60,897 nt of DNA from Calditrichia bacterium (GCA_050633245.1 JBOEGD010000007.1:1-60897); one strand, 5' to 3'. Shown: positions 9,530 through 18,663, numbered from the stretch's first letter. Translations and numbers: made by a program. Notes: a model not told the origin generated them from the letters alone.

Positions 9530-10747
9530 ATGCTTGCCAAAATTTTCATTACGCTATGTGCGTGTTGCATTCTCTGTGGTTGTAGTTCCACCAAGCAACA
9601 AACTGTGACAGAGATTCCGACACCAACTAAAGTTCGAATTGTTAGTTTCAACATCGAGGACGTGCGCACCGAAGATGTCAACAATCCAACCAATCCCCGT
9701 CTGAAGAAAGTTGCAGCTATCCTGCAGGAATTGCGCCCAGATGTAGTTTTGCTAAAGGAAATAGCCTACGATCAGCCAGGTGCTCCGGGTTTTTCTGCAA
9801 AAAATGAAGCAGGATTAAATGGTCAGCGCTTTGCTGACAATTACTTAGCGGTCTCTCAGGGGGAAGGATTGGCTCCACTACTCTACAAAGCCTATATGGC
9901 GCCATCCAACACCGGAATACCCAGTGGATATGATTTAGATCGAAATAGTAAAACAATTTCCAGCTTCCCTCCTCCCCCAAAAGCAGATTCTCTGGGGAAC
10001 CCCGGCAAACAAACATCCGGTGGCCGAGCCTATGGTGGAGACAGCTGGGGATTTGGAACCTTTCCCGGTCAGTATGCCATGGCGCTCCTCGTTCGAAATG
10101 ATTATACTATTCAAACCGATAAAATTCGTACCTTTCAAAAGCTAACCTGGGCATCGATGCCCGATGCTCTGCTACCAACGGTGCCGGAAACAGATTCGCT
10201 ATGGTATTCCGGTGAAGCCGGGGCAAACTTTCGCCTAAGCTCAAAAACGCATATGGATGTGCCGGTACAGATTGGCTCGGAAGTGATTCATTTTCTTTGC
10301 AGTCACCCGACACCACCAGCTTTCGACGGCCCGGAAGCTCGCAACAAAAAGCGCAATCATGACGAAATTCGCCTTTGGGCAGACTACCTGAACAATGCTA
10401 AATATATAAGCGATGATTATGGCACATCTGGTGGATTGTCTACAGACGCCAGATTCATTATTCTCGGAGATCTGAATGCAGATCCTGTAAAGGGCAGCTC
10501 AATAAACAACCCAATCGGTAATTTCCTGTTGAGTCACCCGCGCGTACAGGGTGAATTTATTCCCCGGCAAAAAATGAGTGATGGCACTCCGGGAATTGAA
10601 AAGACAGCCGTTTGGGGATTACGCGTTGATTATGTTTTGCCATCTGTCGGCATGAAAATACTTGATGGAGGAGTTCATAATTACGAGGCTGATCGAGATA
10701 AACTCGTCAGTGATCATTACCCGGTTTGGCTGGATTTGGAGCTTTAA
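9530..10747 (+). CDS. Endonuclease/exonuclease/phosphatase (EEP) family lipoprotein
   Basis: Motifs SFNI, E in LKEIAYD, SHPTPP, GDLNAD, RVDYVLPS and SDH; N-terminal lipobox-like LCGC. Confidence 0.9.
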   Translation: MLAKIFITLCACCILCGCSSTKQQTVTEIPTPTKVRIVSFNIEDVRTEDVNNPTNPRLKKVAAILQELRPDVVLLKEIAYDQPGAPGFSAKNEAGLNGQRFADNYLAVSQGEGLAPLLYKAYMAPSNTGIPSGYDLDRNSKTISSFPPPPKADSLGNPGKQTSGGRAYGGDSWGFGTFPGQYAMALLVRNDYTIQTDKIRTFQKLTWASMPDALLPTVPETDSLWYSGEAGANFRLSSKTHMDVPVQIGSEVIHFLCSHPTPPAFDGPEARNKKRNHDEIRLWADYLNNAKYISDDYGTSGGLSTDARFIILGDLNADPVKGSSINNPIGNFLLSHPRVQGEFIPRQKMSDGTPGIEKTAVWGLRVDYVLPSVGMKILDGGVHNYEADRDKLVSDHYPVWLDLEL

Positions 10748-10752
10748 GAAAA

Positions 10753-10801
10753 GCCGCAGGATTGGTTTGGGAACTATAGAATACTAGAGCAATCCTGCGG
10801 C
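10753..10801. terminator. Inverted repeat between convergent genes
   Basis: gccgcaggattg ... caatcctgcggc (12-bp arms). Confidence 0.5.
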
Positions 10802-10823
10802 ATCAACGACAGGGAGTCGCGTT

Positions 10824-11468
10824 TTACAGCTGTACTGCTTCCTGTAGATCCTTAACACCGGTAAGTTCCTGCGTAATTTCAATTATCCGCTCACGAGCAT
10901 AGTCGATGTGCATTTCATAGTATGGCGGCGCGTTCCGGATAAATCCCTTATACGCATCAACAGCTTCCCACATTCGCCCTGCCTGCTCACAAGCCACAGC
11001 TTTATTGTAATATGGTGCCGCATAAGTCGGTTCGAGCATGATGGCGTGGTTGCGGTCTGCAATGGCCTGAATCAACATATTTTTCTTGAAGTAGGCAACT
11101 CCGCGTTCATTATACGCCAGAGCACAATCAGGGCTTAATGAGATCGCCTCATTCATTTCAAGAATCTTGTTATCATCGTCTTTATTATTGCCATACTCGA
11201 TTCCTCGAAACATATGTAGCGCTGCTTGTGTCGGCATTTGCCCGGTAAGCACACGGTTCGTAATGCGAACACTTCCCTCAGCAGGCCAGTATAGCGGATT
11301 GATGTCTAGTGCCTGCTGAAAATGCTGTTGAGCACTTTTATAGTCCCCTTTCAAGGCAAGTTCCATCCCGTCTTGGTAGAGAGTACGCTCAGACAGCTGA
11401 ACTTCTGCTTCCTTACTGCATCCCGAAAATAATAGTCCGATAAATAAGACCAACATAACTCTAATCAT
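10824..11468 (-). CDS. Tetratricopeptide-repeat lipoprotein
   Basis: Lipobox LFSGC; TPR motifs AYNERGVAY and PYYNKAVAC; the ATG at 11468 follows a purine-rich RBS. Confidence 0.85.
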   Translation of the reverse strand: MIRVMLVLFIGLLFSGCSKEAEVQLSERTLYQDGMELALKGDYKSAQQHFQQALDINPLYWPAEGSVRITNRVLTGQMPTQAALHMFRGIEYGNNKDDDNKILEMNEAISLSPDCALAYNERGVAYFKKNMLIQAIADRNHAIMLEPTYAAPYYNKAVACEQAGRMWEAVDAYKGFIRNAPPYYEMHIDYARERIIEITQELTGVKDLQEAVQL

Positions 11469-11629
11469 AATCCCATCCTTCCGGATTGTGTTTGACAAAA
11501 AAGGACATTCACTTCGCGATTGTTGTCAGAGGTTAAGCAAATTTTAATTGGGGAGAGACTGCTTTGAGAAAAACAGTATGCCAGTCGGCAATTTAAGAAC
11601 ATCCCTGTTAGTATTGCGGTGGATCGCAT
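11465..11629 (-). CDS. Candidate 54-aa small ORF (MRSTAILTGMFLNC...GRMGL), possibly translationally coupled to the TPR gene
   Basis: Perfect SD AAGGAGG 7 nt upstream of the ATG; its TGA overlaps the TPR start (ATGA). No homology recognised. Confidence 0.35.
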   Translation of the reverse strand: MRSTAILTGMFLNCRLAYCFSQSSLSPIKICLTSDNNREVNVLFCQTQSGRMGL

Positions 11630-11933
11630 TCATTAACCTCCTTGTGAATGAATGTTGCTGCGTCCCATTGTTTACCTTAAAACACTACGCATTCCACCAA
11701 CCTGTTCATGTGTATAACGTCACAATTTGAGATTTCAACTAGATATTTTGTGTTTTCTGTCGATAAGGCCCCCGTCTTTTACTACGACATTGTATTTCAT
11801 AAATGTATGGTGGTTTTATAATTCAAGTAAAAACACTATATTTTAAGACATCGGGTTACATATTTTGAGACTTGTAAATCGATTGTTCGAAAAATACATT
11901 TGGAATTGAAAAGGTTATTTCGGGATACCAAAA

Positions 11934-13469
11934 ATGACAAGCTATATGCAAACTTCCCAACTGAATCCGTTTAAGCGCAATCGAAGTCGTTCACGGTGGA
12001 TCGCTTTCTTCATCAGTCTTTTTCTCTGTGCACCTCTCAGCGCCCAAAGTTATCTGGGACTATGGAACATGGGAGGTGATCATAAAATTTGGGTAGACGC
12101 CACCTGGTCGTCATTTGCCCTGCAAAACAATGAGCTCACCAAAGACGGATATTACCTACACGATATCGAAGTTGCTGTCGTAAAAGGTGTTCGTAAATTC
12201 TCCGGTATTTGGAAGAAGAAGGATATTCCAAATAAAATTGAAGTCAACATTTCCTGGTCTACACTTACTGCACGCTGGCGGGAAAATATAAGTTTGGGAT
12301 ACCGAATTTTGGATTTGGAGATTTACGAAAGCGGCCCCGAAACACGCTATATTGCGATTTGGAGCCCGCAGACTACCGAGCAGAAGATTCTGACGGATGT
12401 AGCCTGGGCCGACTTTCGAAGCAAGTGGGAAGAGTTTGCAGCCGATGACTTCCGCCTGATGGACATTGAAGTTTACCGTCGTAATGGCAACTATAATTAT
12501 GCCGGGGTCTGGCAGGAAGGCGGTGGTAATTACCGGCTGCAGGTCGATCTAACCCAGGCAGATCTGCGCAATTTTCAGATCCAATCGCAAAAAGACAAAC
12601 TCAAGATTGTCGACATCGAATGCTACATCAAAAATGGAGTAACCTACTATACTGCAGTCTGGCGCGATCAGATTGAGGAAGAGAAACTCATCCAGGCCCC
12701 ATGGACCAAATTTCTTGAAGAATGGCAAAATCTTAATGATAACGGAATGAGTCTTTCTGACATCGAAATTGAAGGGGTGCAGAGAGTTCTTACTCTTACA
12801 ACATCAAGCAGGCCACCAGTTGCGGTAACCACACCAACGCCAACTACGCCCAGTGTGGTTCCGGTCAGTCGGACAGATGAAATTATTGGCAGCGATCAGC
12901 TGGACAATCCAAAATCAATTGACCCGCCTAAAAAAGATGACGCTACCACAGATTTTATGGTCATTATAGACGACGGTGAAGATATTCGCGGCAAGGAAGT
13001 AAAAAAGCCATCAGGACCCAATATTTTTAAGCGCATGTTGCCGGGCATCAGCACTCCGGATGAAGAAATTCTGGGCGAGACTCTGCCCGAGGAAAAGCCG
13101 GAAACGGTTGCTAAAACGCCCGCCGAAGAAGAGGCTCCTGCAGCACCTGCCGAGAAGCCGGTTAAGGTGAAGGGAAAGCCGCAACATGGCAAGGCATCTT
13201 ATTATGCAGATAAGTTTCAGGGCAGACCTACAGCCAGTGGCGAACCGTTTGATCAGAAGAAGTATACTGCAGCACATCGCACCTTGAAATTTGGCACAAT
13301 GATACGTGTTACAAATGTGGCAAATAATAAAAGTGTCGTTGTGAGGGTAAATGACCGTGGTCCGTTTACACCGGGTAGAATAGTCGATTTATCTCGCGTG
13401 GCCTCAACTGACATCGGTGGTGTTCAGGCTGGAATTATCGATGTGAAGCTTGAGGTTTTGGAAGACTAG
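11934..13469 (+). CDS. rlpA: RlpA-family lytic transglycosylase with about five N-terminal BTRD1-like (polyglycine-hydrolase structural) repeats
   Basis: C-terminal DPBB motifs GKASYY, TAAHRTL, VNDRGPF and IVDLS; ~52-aa repeats of the form W..F...GY.L.DIE.Y....Y.(A/G).W; Pro/Thr/Glu-rich linker. Confidence 0.85.
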   Translation: MTSYMQTSQLNPFKRNRSRSRWIAFFISLFLCAPLSAQSYLGLWNMGGDHKIWVDATWSSFALQNNELTKDGYYLHDIEVAVVKGVRKFSGIWKKKDIPNKIEVNISWSTLTARWRENISLGYRILDLEIYESGPETRYIAIWSPQTTEQKILTDVAWADFRSKWEEFAADDFRLMDIEVYRRNGNYNYAGVWQEGGGNYRLQVDLTQADLRNFQIQSQKDKLKIVDIECYIKNGVTYYTAVWRDQIEEEKLIQAPWTKFLEEWQNLNDNGMSLSDIEIEGVQRVLTLTTSSRPPVAVTTPTPTTPSVVPVSRTDEIIGSDQLDNPKSIDPPKKDDATTDFMVIIDDGEDIRGKEVKKPSGPNIFKRMLPGISTPDEEILGETLPEEKPETVAKTPAEEEAPAAPAEKPVKVKGKPQHGKASYYADKFQGRPTASGEPFDQKKYTAAHRTLKFGTMIRVTNVANNKSVVVRVNDRGPFTPGRIVDLSRVASTDIGGVQAGIIDVKLEVLED

Positions 13470-13500
13470 TGCGTTTATCCCATGGCCCAAGTCTTGGGAT

Positions 13501-14214
13501 TTATCCGCGAAAAAAGGTATCGGTTATTATGCCGTCAATTTCATATCCCTGTAGCGATTCCAGAATATCCTTTCGGTTTACCGTCCAAACATATATTTCT
13601 TTTCTCATGCGTTTCGCATTCTCATAAAGCCTATCGTTAAAATTCTTGAAATGCGGATGCCAGGCATCCGTATCCAGAAAAGAATCTATATAGGAATGCA
13701 CAAACGAAGGGTTTTGAAATAAATAGCCGGTGCGCACATCCGGTGCGGCGCTTTTCAAGTGGCGTAAAACAAGTGGATTAAAGGACGAGAACCAAACCTG
13801 ATGCGCTACGTTCATGCGCTCTACCAGCTTCTTTAATGCGGCAACATATGCCACATTTGTCGGGCGCAAAGACTTCAGGTCCAGATTAATCGGAACGCGA
13901 CCGCGAAAATGCTCCAGGAACTCTTCGAGGGTACAAATAGAATCCGGATATTGAAACTGGCGGCTGTTAAAGCTGAGCCCCTTGAGCTCATGAAGGGTTA
14001 GGGAGGTTACGCTTCCACTTCGGGCAAAGCAGCGACGCAGTGAATGATCGTGTAATAGTACAAGTTCACCGCTCTTACACAGTTGAATATCTACTTCTAA
14101 CCCGCTTGCTCCCATCTCAAGTGCCAACTCACAACCCCGAATCGTATTTTCCGGGGCAAGTAAGCGCTCGCCTCGATGTGCAATTACCAGGCGCTTTCCT
14201 GTTCCATTAATCAT
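13501..14214 (-). CDS. Glycerophosphodiester phosphodiesterase (GlpQ/UgpQ family)
   Basis: IAHRG, PENT, EVDI, LLHD, WTVN and GIITD motifs. Confidence 0.93.
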   Translation of the reverse strand: MINGTGKRLVIAHRGERLLAPENTIRGCELALEMGASGLEVDIQLCKSGELVLLHDHSLRRCFARSGSVTSLTLHELKGLSFNSRQFQYPDSICTLEEFLEHFRGRVPINLDLKSLRPTNVAYVAALKKLVERMNVAHQVWFSSFNPLVLRHLKSAAPDVRTGYLFQNPSFVHSYIDSFLDTDAWHPHFKNFNDRLYENAKRMRKEIYVWTVNRKDILESLQGYEIDGIITDTFFRG

Positions 14215-14219
14215 AAAAT

Positions 14220-14894
14220 TTACTGTGCTTCCGTGCCGAGCGCATTTAAAAATGGCAGTGCATTTGGGTTTTCAAATTTAAAACTTAGCCACATCACCAA
14301 GCTGCTTAGCAGTATAAGTGTAATTCGCCAAAACCAGCGATGCAGTGGTTTCTTTATCAGTAGCTCTTCGCCCATTCGGTAGTAGATAATTGCAGAGATA
14401 ATAATACTTCCATAACTGAATAGCAATGCCCCCTGATACAGCCAGTTCACAATTCCCGCCATATTCAAGATTCCGGCAAATGAAATAATACAGGTATTCA
14501 CTTTGCCGAGCATATTAGCCATTATTGGCTTGCCCAGCTTACGAATGACCATAGAGCCGCCTATCGTAATCAATAGATCGCGATAGATAAGAAGAACAGT
14601 AAGCGAAAGTGGAAAATCGCGATACAGAATCAGGTAAATCATTATTCCGGCCATCGAGATTTTATCAGCAATCGGATCGAGTACTATGCCCAGTTCGGTT
14701 ATCTGATTATAGCGCCGGCTAAAATAACCATCCAGATAATCAGTAAACCCTGCAATAAGGGCAACCACCAGCAACCACACGTTGCCCTCAGGCGTATTTA
14801 ACTGGATGAGATAGCAAATAGGTATGGTAAACAGAATGCGGCTTATACTGAGTAGATTCGAAAGATATAAAAATTCGCGATATTTAACGTTCAT
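14220..14894 (-). CDS. pgsA: CDP-alcohol phosphatidyltransferase (PgsA-like)
   Basis: NLLSISR and the TDYLDGYFSR...G..LDPIADK signature; GGAG precedes the ATG at 14894. Confidence 0.85.
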   Translation of the reverse strand: MNVKYREFLYLSNLLSISRILFTIPICYLIQLNTPEGNVWLLVVALIAGFTDYLDGYFSRRYNQITELGIVLDPIADKISMAGIMIYLILYRDFPLSLTVLLIYRDLLITIGGSMVIRKLGKPIMANMLGKVNTCIISFAGILNMAGIVNWLYQGALLFSYGSIIISAIIYYRMGEELLIKKPLHRWFWRITLILLSSLVMWLSFKFENPNALPFLNALGTEAQ

Positions 14895-15305
14895 AGACAC
14901 TCCAATGCTCAATCGGTATTACTCTGCGCTCAAGTTTAACCCGTGATGACAAATATAGCAAGTCTGGCGATTATTCAATCTTCAGTTAAATCGGAAAAAA
15001 TTTTCCGATTCATCGTCATTTCCTTTCCCCCACTTCGTTCCTATTATCACAAGCTGCGAATTACGGAAAGGACACAACGGCAGTGAATACATGACAGGCC
15101 AACAAATTCGATAACAACACGCTGAATACTTTTTCATTGATCCAAAGAAAATTTTTCTCCATAAAAAAATGTTTATACTACACTTAAAACACAAAACTAT
15201 TTTCTTCGTTGCACGTATTTCATTTTTAGCAGGCGTTTCAGAAAGCATCTTGTCATTTAATGCAAATCCATATTTTTATACGATTTGTATTAAATGGCGC
15301 AACAA

Positions 15306-15321
15306 TGGCACTTCTTTTGCA
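15306..15321 (+). promoter_or_regulatory. Sigma54 (RpoN) -24/-12 promoter
   Basis: TGGCAC-TTCTT-TTGCA matches TGGCAC-N5-TTGCW exactly, with an AT-rich region upstream. Confidence 0.75.
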
Positions 15322-15382
15322 AAATTGCCGATCAGGAGTTCACTTAAGAGACACTTTTGAGATTCCCTTTTGGGGCATCGAT

Positions 15383-15500
15383 CAATTTGGATGGTAGTGA
15401 GGTAAATTCGGCTCTCGACGGTTTCCTGGGCAAAAGCTTTTTCCGTTGGGGTATGAAGCAAGCCGTCGATCCGAGTTTTCCTATACCGAAAATTCAATTG
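15383..15500 (+). other. Long imperfect rod-like RNA hairpin in the 5' leader (possible cis-regulatory RNA or sRNA)
   Basis: Nested pairings: TCGACGGTTT/AAGCCGTCGA (15415-24/15460-69), AAATTCGG/CCGAGTTT, AGG/CCT, GGTA/TACC, CAATT/AATTG. Confidence 0.5.
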
Positions 15501-15518
15501 TCAAATGGAGGGCAAATT

Positions 15519-15809
15519 ATGATTGAGGAACGAATTCGCTATTATTGCCGAAAGTGTGGCAGCGAAAAGATCGTAAAGAATGGTAAAAATCGATGCGGCA
15601 GCCAGCAATATATCTGCCGCGATTGTAATGCCTCTGGTGTATTGATTCCCAAGTCTCGCTATTCGGACAGTCAGAAGAACGAAATTTTACAGGCATATCA
15701 GGAAAAACGCAATATGCGCCTGGTATCGCGTCTCTACGGCGTCTCCCGTAAAACTCTGTCTAACTGGTTACGACAGGAAATGCAGAAGAACAATCAGGAA
15801 GCAGCATAA
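15519..15809 (+). CDS. IS1 InsA-like zinc-ribbon + HTH protein (96 aa), orphan with no InsB
   Basis: CRKCGSEKIVKNGK...QQYICRDC Zn ribbon; HTH RLVSRLYGVSRKTLSNWL; GGAGG RBS before the ATG at 15519. Confidence 0.8.
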   Translation: MIEERIRYYCRKCGSEKIVKNGKNRCGSQQYICRDCNASGVLIPKSRYSDSQKNEILQAYQEKRNMRLVSRLYGVSRKTLSNWLRQEMQKNNQEAA

Positions 15810-15867
15810 GATGAACAATCGCGTGGGGAAAGTGTTTTCCCCGGCCTTTGTTACTCCTTGCAGCAGC

Positions 15868-15894
15868 TCGTGTCTTCCAGCAGAAGACGCGAGT
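15868..15894. terminator. Hairpin between convergent genes
   Basis: ctcgtgtcttc-cagca-gaagacgcgag; a second hairpin ggggaaa...tttcccc lies at about 15824-15842. Confidence 0.45.
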
Positions 15895-15902
15895 GGCCGG
15901 TC

Positions 15903-16361
15903 TTAGTTAAACAGGTCTCGTTTTTCTAACTGCTGTTCCTTGGGAGGAAGAAGATATTCATTTTTCTCCCCTACCCTGTTTCCCAACATGGCGGTTCGAA
16001 AGAGCAACACGCCAAGCACTAGCAACAAGGCATAGTAGACCCACCGATAAAGCGATTTAAACAGGTGGAATTCAATGAACAAAAAGCGCATTCCAATAAT
16101 GCCGATTAAGCTCCACAGTAGTATAAAACCTGAATTTCGGTGCCCACCGGCAAACTCATGGATTTCGGAAGGAACGGCATTATAAAACTGCGTTCCGGTA
16201 AATGCCGCCAGGGCCACCAGACCTCCCCCAAGAAAAAGAAGGCGACTTGCCCATCGCCAAATTTTTTGATTGGCAGCCAGCAAATAAAGAAAGTCCGCTG
16301 CTATACCGGCAGCCAACACTGGAATTGCCAGCGTAACCACAATGGCATGCAGCGATCCCAT
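15903..16361 (-). CDS. DUF2231-like membrane protein
   Basis: N-terminal LH..VV....P, four TM helices, A.FTG, and H in GGHRN. Confidence 0.65.
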   Translation of the reverse strand: MGSLHAIVVTLAIPVLAAGIAADFLYLLAANQKIWRWASRLLFLGGGLVALAAFTGTQFYNAVPSEIHEFAGGHRNSGFILLWSLIGIIGMRFLFIEFHLFKSLYRWVYYALLLVLGVLLFRTAMLGNRVGEKNEYLLPPKEQQLEKRDLFN

Positions 16362-18584
16362 TTACAGATTCCTCTGCCAAAATTCGAGCATCGTATTATA
16401 GAGATGAATACGAGCCGGACGGTCGGCAATACCGTGCTTACGCATCGGGTAAAACATCATTTCAAAGCGCAAGTTATGTTTTACCAGCTCATCGATAAAT
16501 GCCCAGGAGTTTTGCGGGTGCACATTATCATCATACGTTCCGTGAACCAACAACAACCTGCCATGGAGGTTTTTAGCGGATTCGACAAAGGATGTCTTTT
16601 TATACCCCTCTTGGTTATCTTGCGGCATTTTCATTGCAAACTCAGCCCAGCGCGTATCATAGTATTTCCAATCACTAACCGGCGCCACTGAAATCCCGGC
16701 CTTAAATTCCTTGGTATTGGTTAATGCATTTAACGTAAAGCTACCACCGCCACTCCAGCCCCAAATTCCCACTCGAGATTCGTCGACGTAAGGTAAATCC
16801 TTGAACCACTTCACCCCGGCAACAACATCCTTCATTTCCGTCGGACCAGACATAAGATTTAGCAAGCGATTTTCTAATATTTTGCTAATAGCAGTAGAGC
16901 TTGGATGGTCGACGCGGGCCACAAGGTAGCCGGCATCGAGTAACATCTGATCGAAATAAAAATTATTTCCTCCCCAATCGTGAAAAACCGTTGGTGCAGA
17001 AGGGCCGCCATACACGTACACAATTAGCGGGTAACGCTTCTTTTCATCAAAGTCGGCAGGTTTAAGCAGCTGTGCAGGCATCGGAAAACCTTCGGTAGAA
17101 GGGATCTTGAACAAGTCTGGATATTGTAAATTGAATTTCGCCAAACCCGCCATATTCGCTTCTGCAATCGTTCGCTGCAGGCGCCCTGACTTCTGATAAA
17201 GCGCCATTGAAGGAAGCGTATTGATATTAGAATAACGATCGATGTAATATCGACCATCAGGGCTAAAATAGGTGCGGTGCGTACCATCGCGCTTTGTAAG
17301 ACGCACGCTATTGCTACCGTCCATATTGACGCGATACATGTGGCGCTCAATTGATGATTTTTGCAGTGCCGTAAAATAAACCTGCTGGGCATTTTCATCT
17401 ATCGAAACAACCGATTGCCTTAGCCAGAACGGTGTCGCAGAGGATGAGCGCAATGCCCAATCGCCCTTCGTTACCTGATTTACCAAAGTTCCATCCATCC
17501 GAAATCGATAAAGGTGAGCATATCCATCCCGTTCCGATTGCCATAGAAAGTGTTTGTCATCTTCCAGAAAATACAGATCGTCATTGATATTCACCCAGCC
17601 TTCATCTGTCTCCTGAAGAATGTGAGTTGCCCTGGCCGATTTCCGATCGACAAAATACAGATTTAGCTCCTGCTGATCACGCGTAAGTGTTTGGATACTA
17701 ATCCGCTTGTTATCGGGCAACCATTTTACGCGCGCAATATATTCAAACGTTTTCGCACTTAAATCGATCCAGGTCGTTTGCATGTTCTCGAGTTCAAGAA
17801 TGCCAATTCTCACCGCCGGGTTCGTCGTCCCTGCTTTTGGATAGCGCTGGGTGATTAAACGAGGCTCAACCGGCTTGAAGTCTACATAATGCATTTTTGT
17901 TACCGCAGACTCATCTGTTTCCAGATAGGTTAGCGCTTTGGAATCTCCTGACCACCAATAACCGATATCCTGGCGGGCAAATACTTCCTCCCAATACACC
18001 CAGGACAATGTTCCGTTTAACAGCGTTTCGCTTCCATTGCTGGTAAGGCGCTGTTCTGTCTCCTTATCAAGGTGATAAACATACAGATCATTGTCTCGAA
18101 CATACGAGACCTTCTTGCCATCGGGTGAAAAGCGCACTGCTTTTTCTTCCTGTGGCGTAGACGTGAGACGCCGAAAAGATGCTTTCACCATGTCGAGTAC
18201 AAATACATCACTATCGAACAAATAGATCGCGCTCCTTGCCTCGGCATCAAACATCTCCGGCCAGCCAAGCGACTTTTTATCATGTGCTTTCCCGCGAACA
18301 GCCTGTAGACTAGCAAGCGCATTATTCATATTTAGAGCAGAATTCAAAGCGCGTCGACGCGGATTGAACCACTTAAACGTTCGCACCGACTCATCTTCTC
18401 GGCTATCAAGCCATATTGCCTGATTATTCGCTTTCCACTCAAAGCGCGGACCAGCCTCGACGTTGTCGCGGGCATCACTGTAAATCCACTCGACACTCAT
18501 CTTTTCAAACTGGGCGAAAAGAGTTCCTGTCCCCAACAGCAACAACAATAACATGCTGTAAACGCAATACTTACGAGTATCCAT
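16362..18584 (-). CDS. S9B dipeptidyl-peptidase IV family serine peptidase
   Basis: DPPIV_N WVYWEE motif; nucleophile GWSGGG; HGTYDDNVH; catalytic His in RKHGI; GGAGG before the ATG at 18584. Confidence 0.95.
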   Translation of the reverse strand: MDTRKYCVYSMLLLLLLGTGTLFAQFEKMSVEWIYSDARDNVEAGPRFEWKANNQAIWLDSREDESVRTFKWFNPRRRALNSALNMNNALASLQAVRGKAHDKKSLGWPEMFDAEARSAIYLFDSDVFVLDMVKASFRRLTSTPQEEKAVRFSPDGKKVSYVRDNDLYVYHLDKETEQRLTSNGSETLLNGTLSWVYWEEVFARQDIGYWWSGDSKALTYLETDESAVTKMHYVDFKPVEPRLITQRYPKAGTTNPAVRIGILELENMQTTWIDLSAKTFEYIARVKWLPDNKRISIQTLTRDQQELNLYFVDRKSARATHILQETDEGWVNINDDLYFLEDDKHFLWQSERDGYAHLYRFRMDGTLVNQVTKGDWALRSSSATPFWLRQSVVSIDENAQQVYFTALQKSSIERHMYRVNMDGSNSVRLTKRDGTHRTYFSPDGRYYIDRYSNINTLPSMALYQKSGRLQRTIAEANMAGLAKFNLQYPDLFKIPSTEGFPMPAQLLKPADFDEKKRYPLIVYVYGGPSAPTVFHDWGGNNFYFDQMLLDAGYLVARVDHPSSTAISKILENRLLNLMSGPTEMKDVVAGVKWFKDLPYVDESRVGIWGWSGGGSFTLNALTNTKEFKAGISVAPVSDWKYYDTRWAEFAMKMPQDNQEGYKKTSFVESAKNLHGRLLLVHGTYDDNVHPQNSWAFIDELVKHNLRFEMMFYPMRKHGIADRPARIHLYNTMLEFWQRNL

Positions 18585-18663
18585 ATATCCTCCAGATTGA
18601 ATCAAGAGTAGGTGAAATGATTGTTACGTGATAAGCTGTGATACTTAAAACGCGGAAATGCCG

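Noticed and set aside
11566-11584. Sigma54 promoter for the TPR gene (CTGGCATACTGTTTTTC, minus strand)
   Set aside because: The -24 element is good but the -12 position reads TTTT, not TTGC. TGGCA hits near 18687 and 31527 have the wrong spacing.
15330-15510. 6S RNA, SRP RNA or c-di-GMP riboswitch
   Set aside because: I could not find the SRP GGAA-loop motif or a GEMM consensus, and the context is not typical of ssrS; kept only as an unassigned hairpin.
15357-15900. Intact IS1 element, and the 150-aa TTG-started version of the ORF
   Set aside because: No InsB, IRs or target duplication are visible. The GGAGG RBS supports the ATG at 15519, and the upstream part looks like structured leader.
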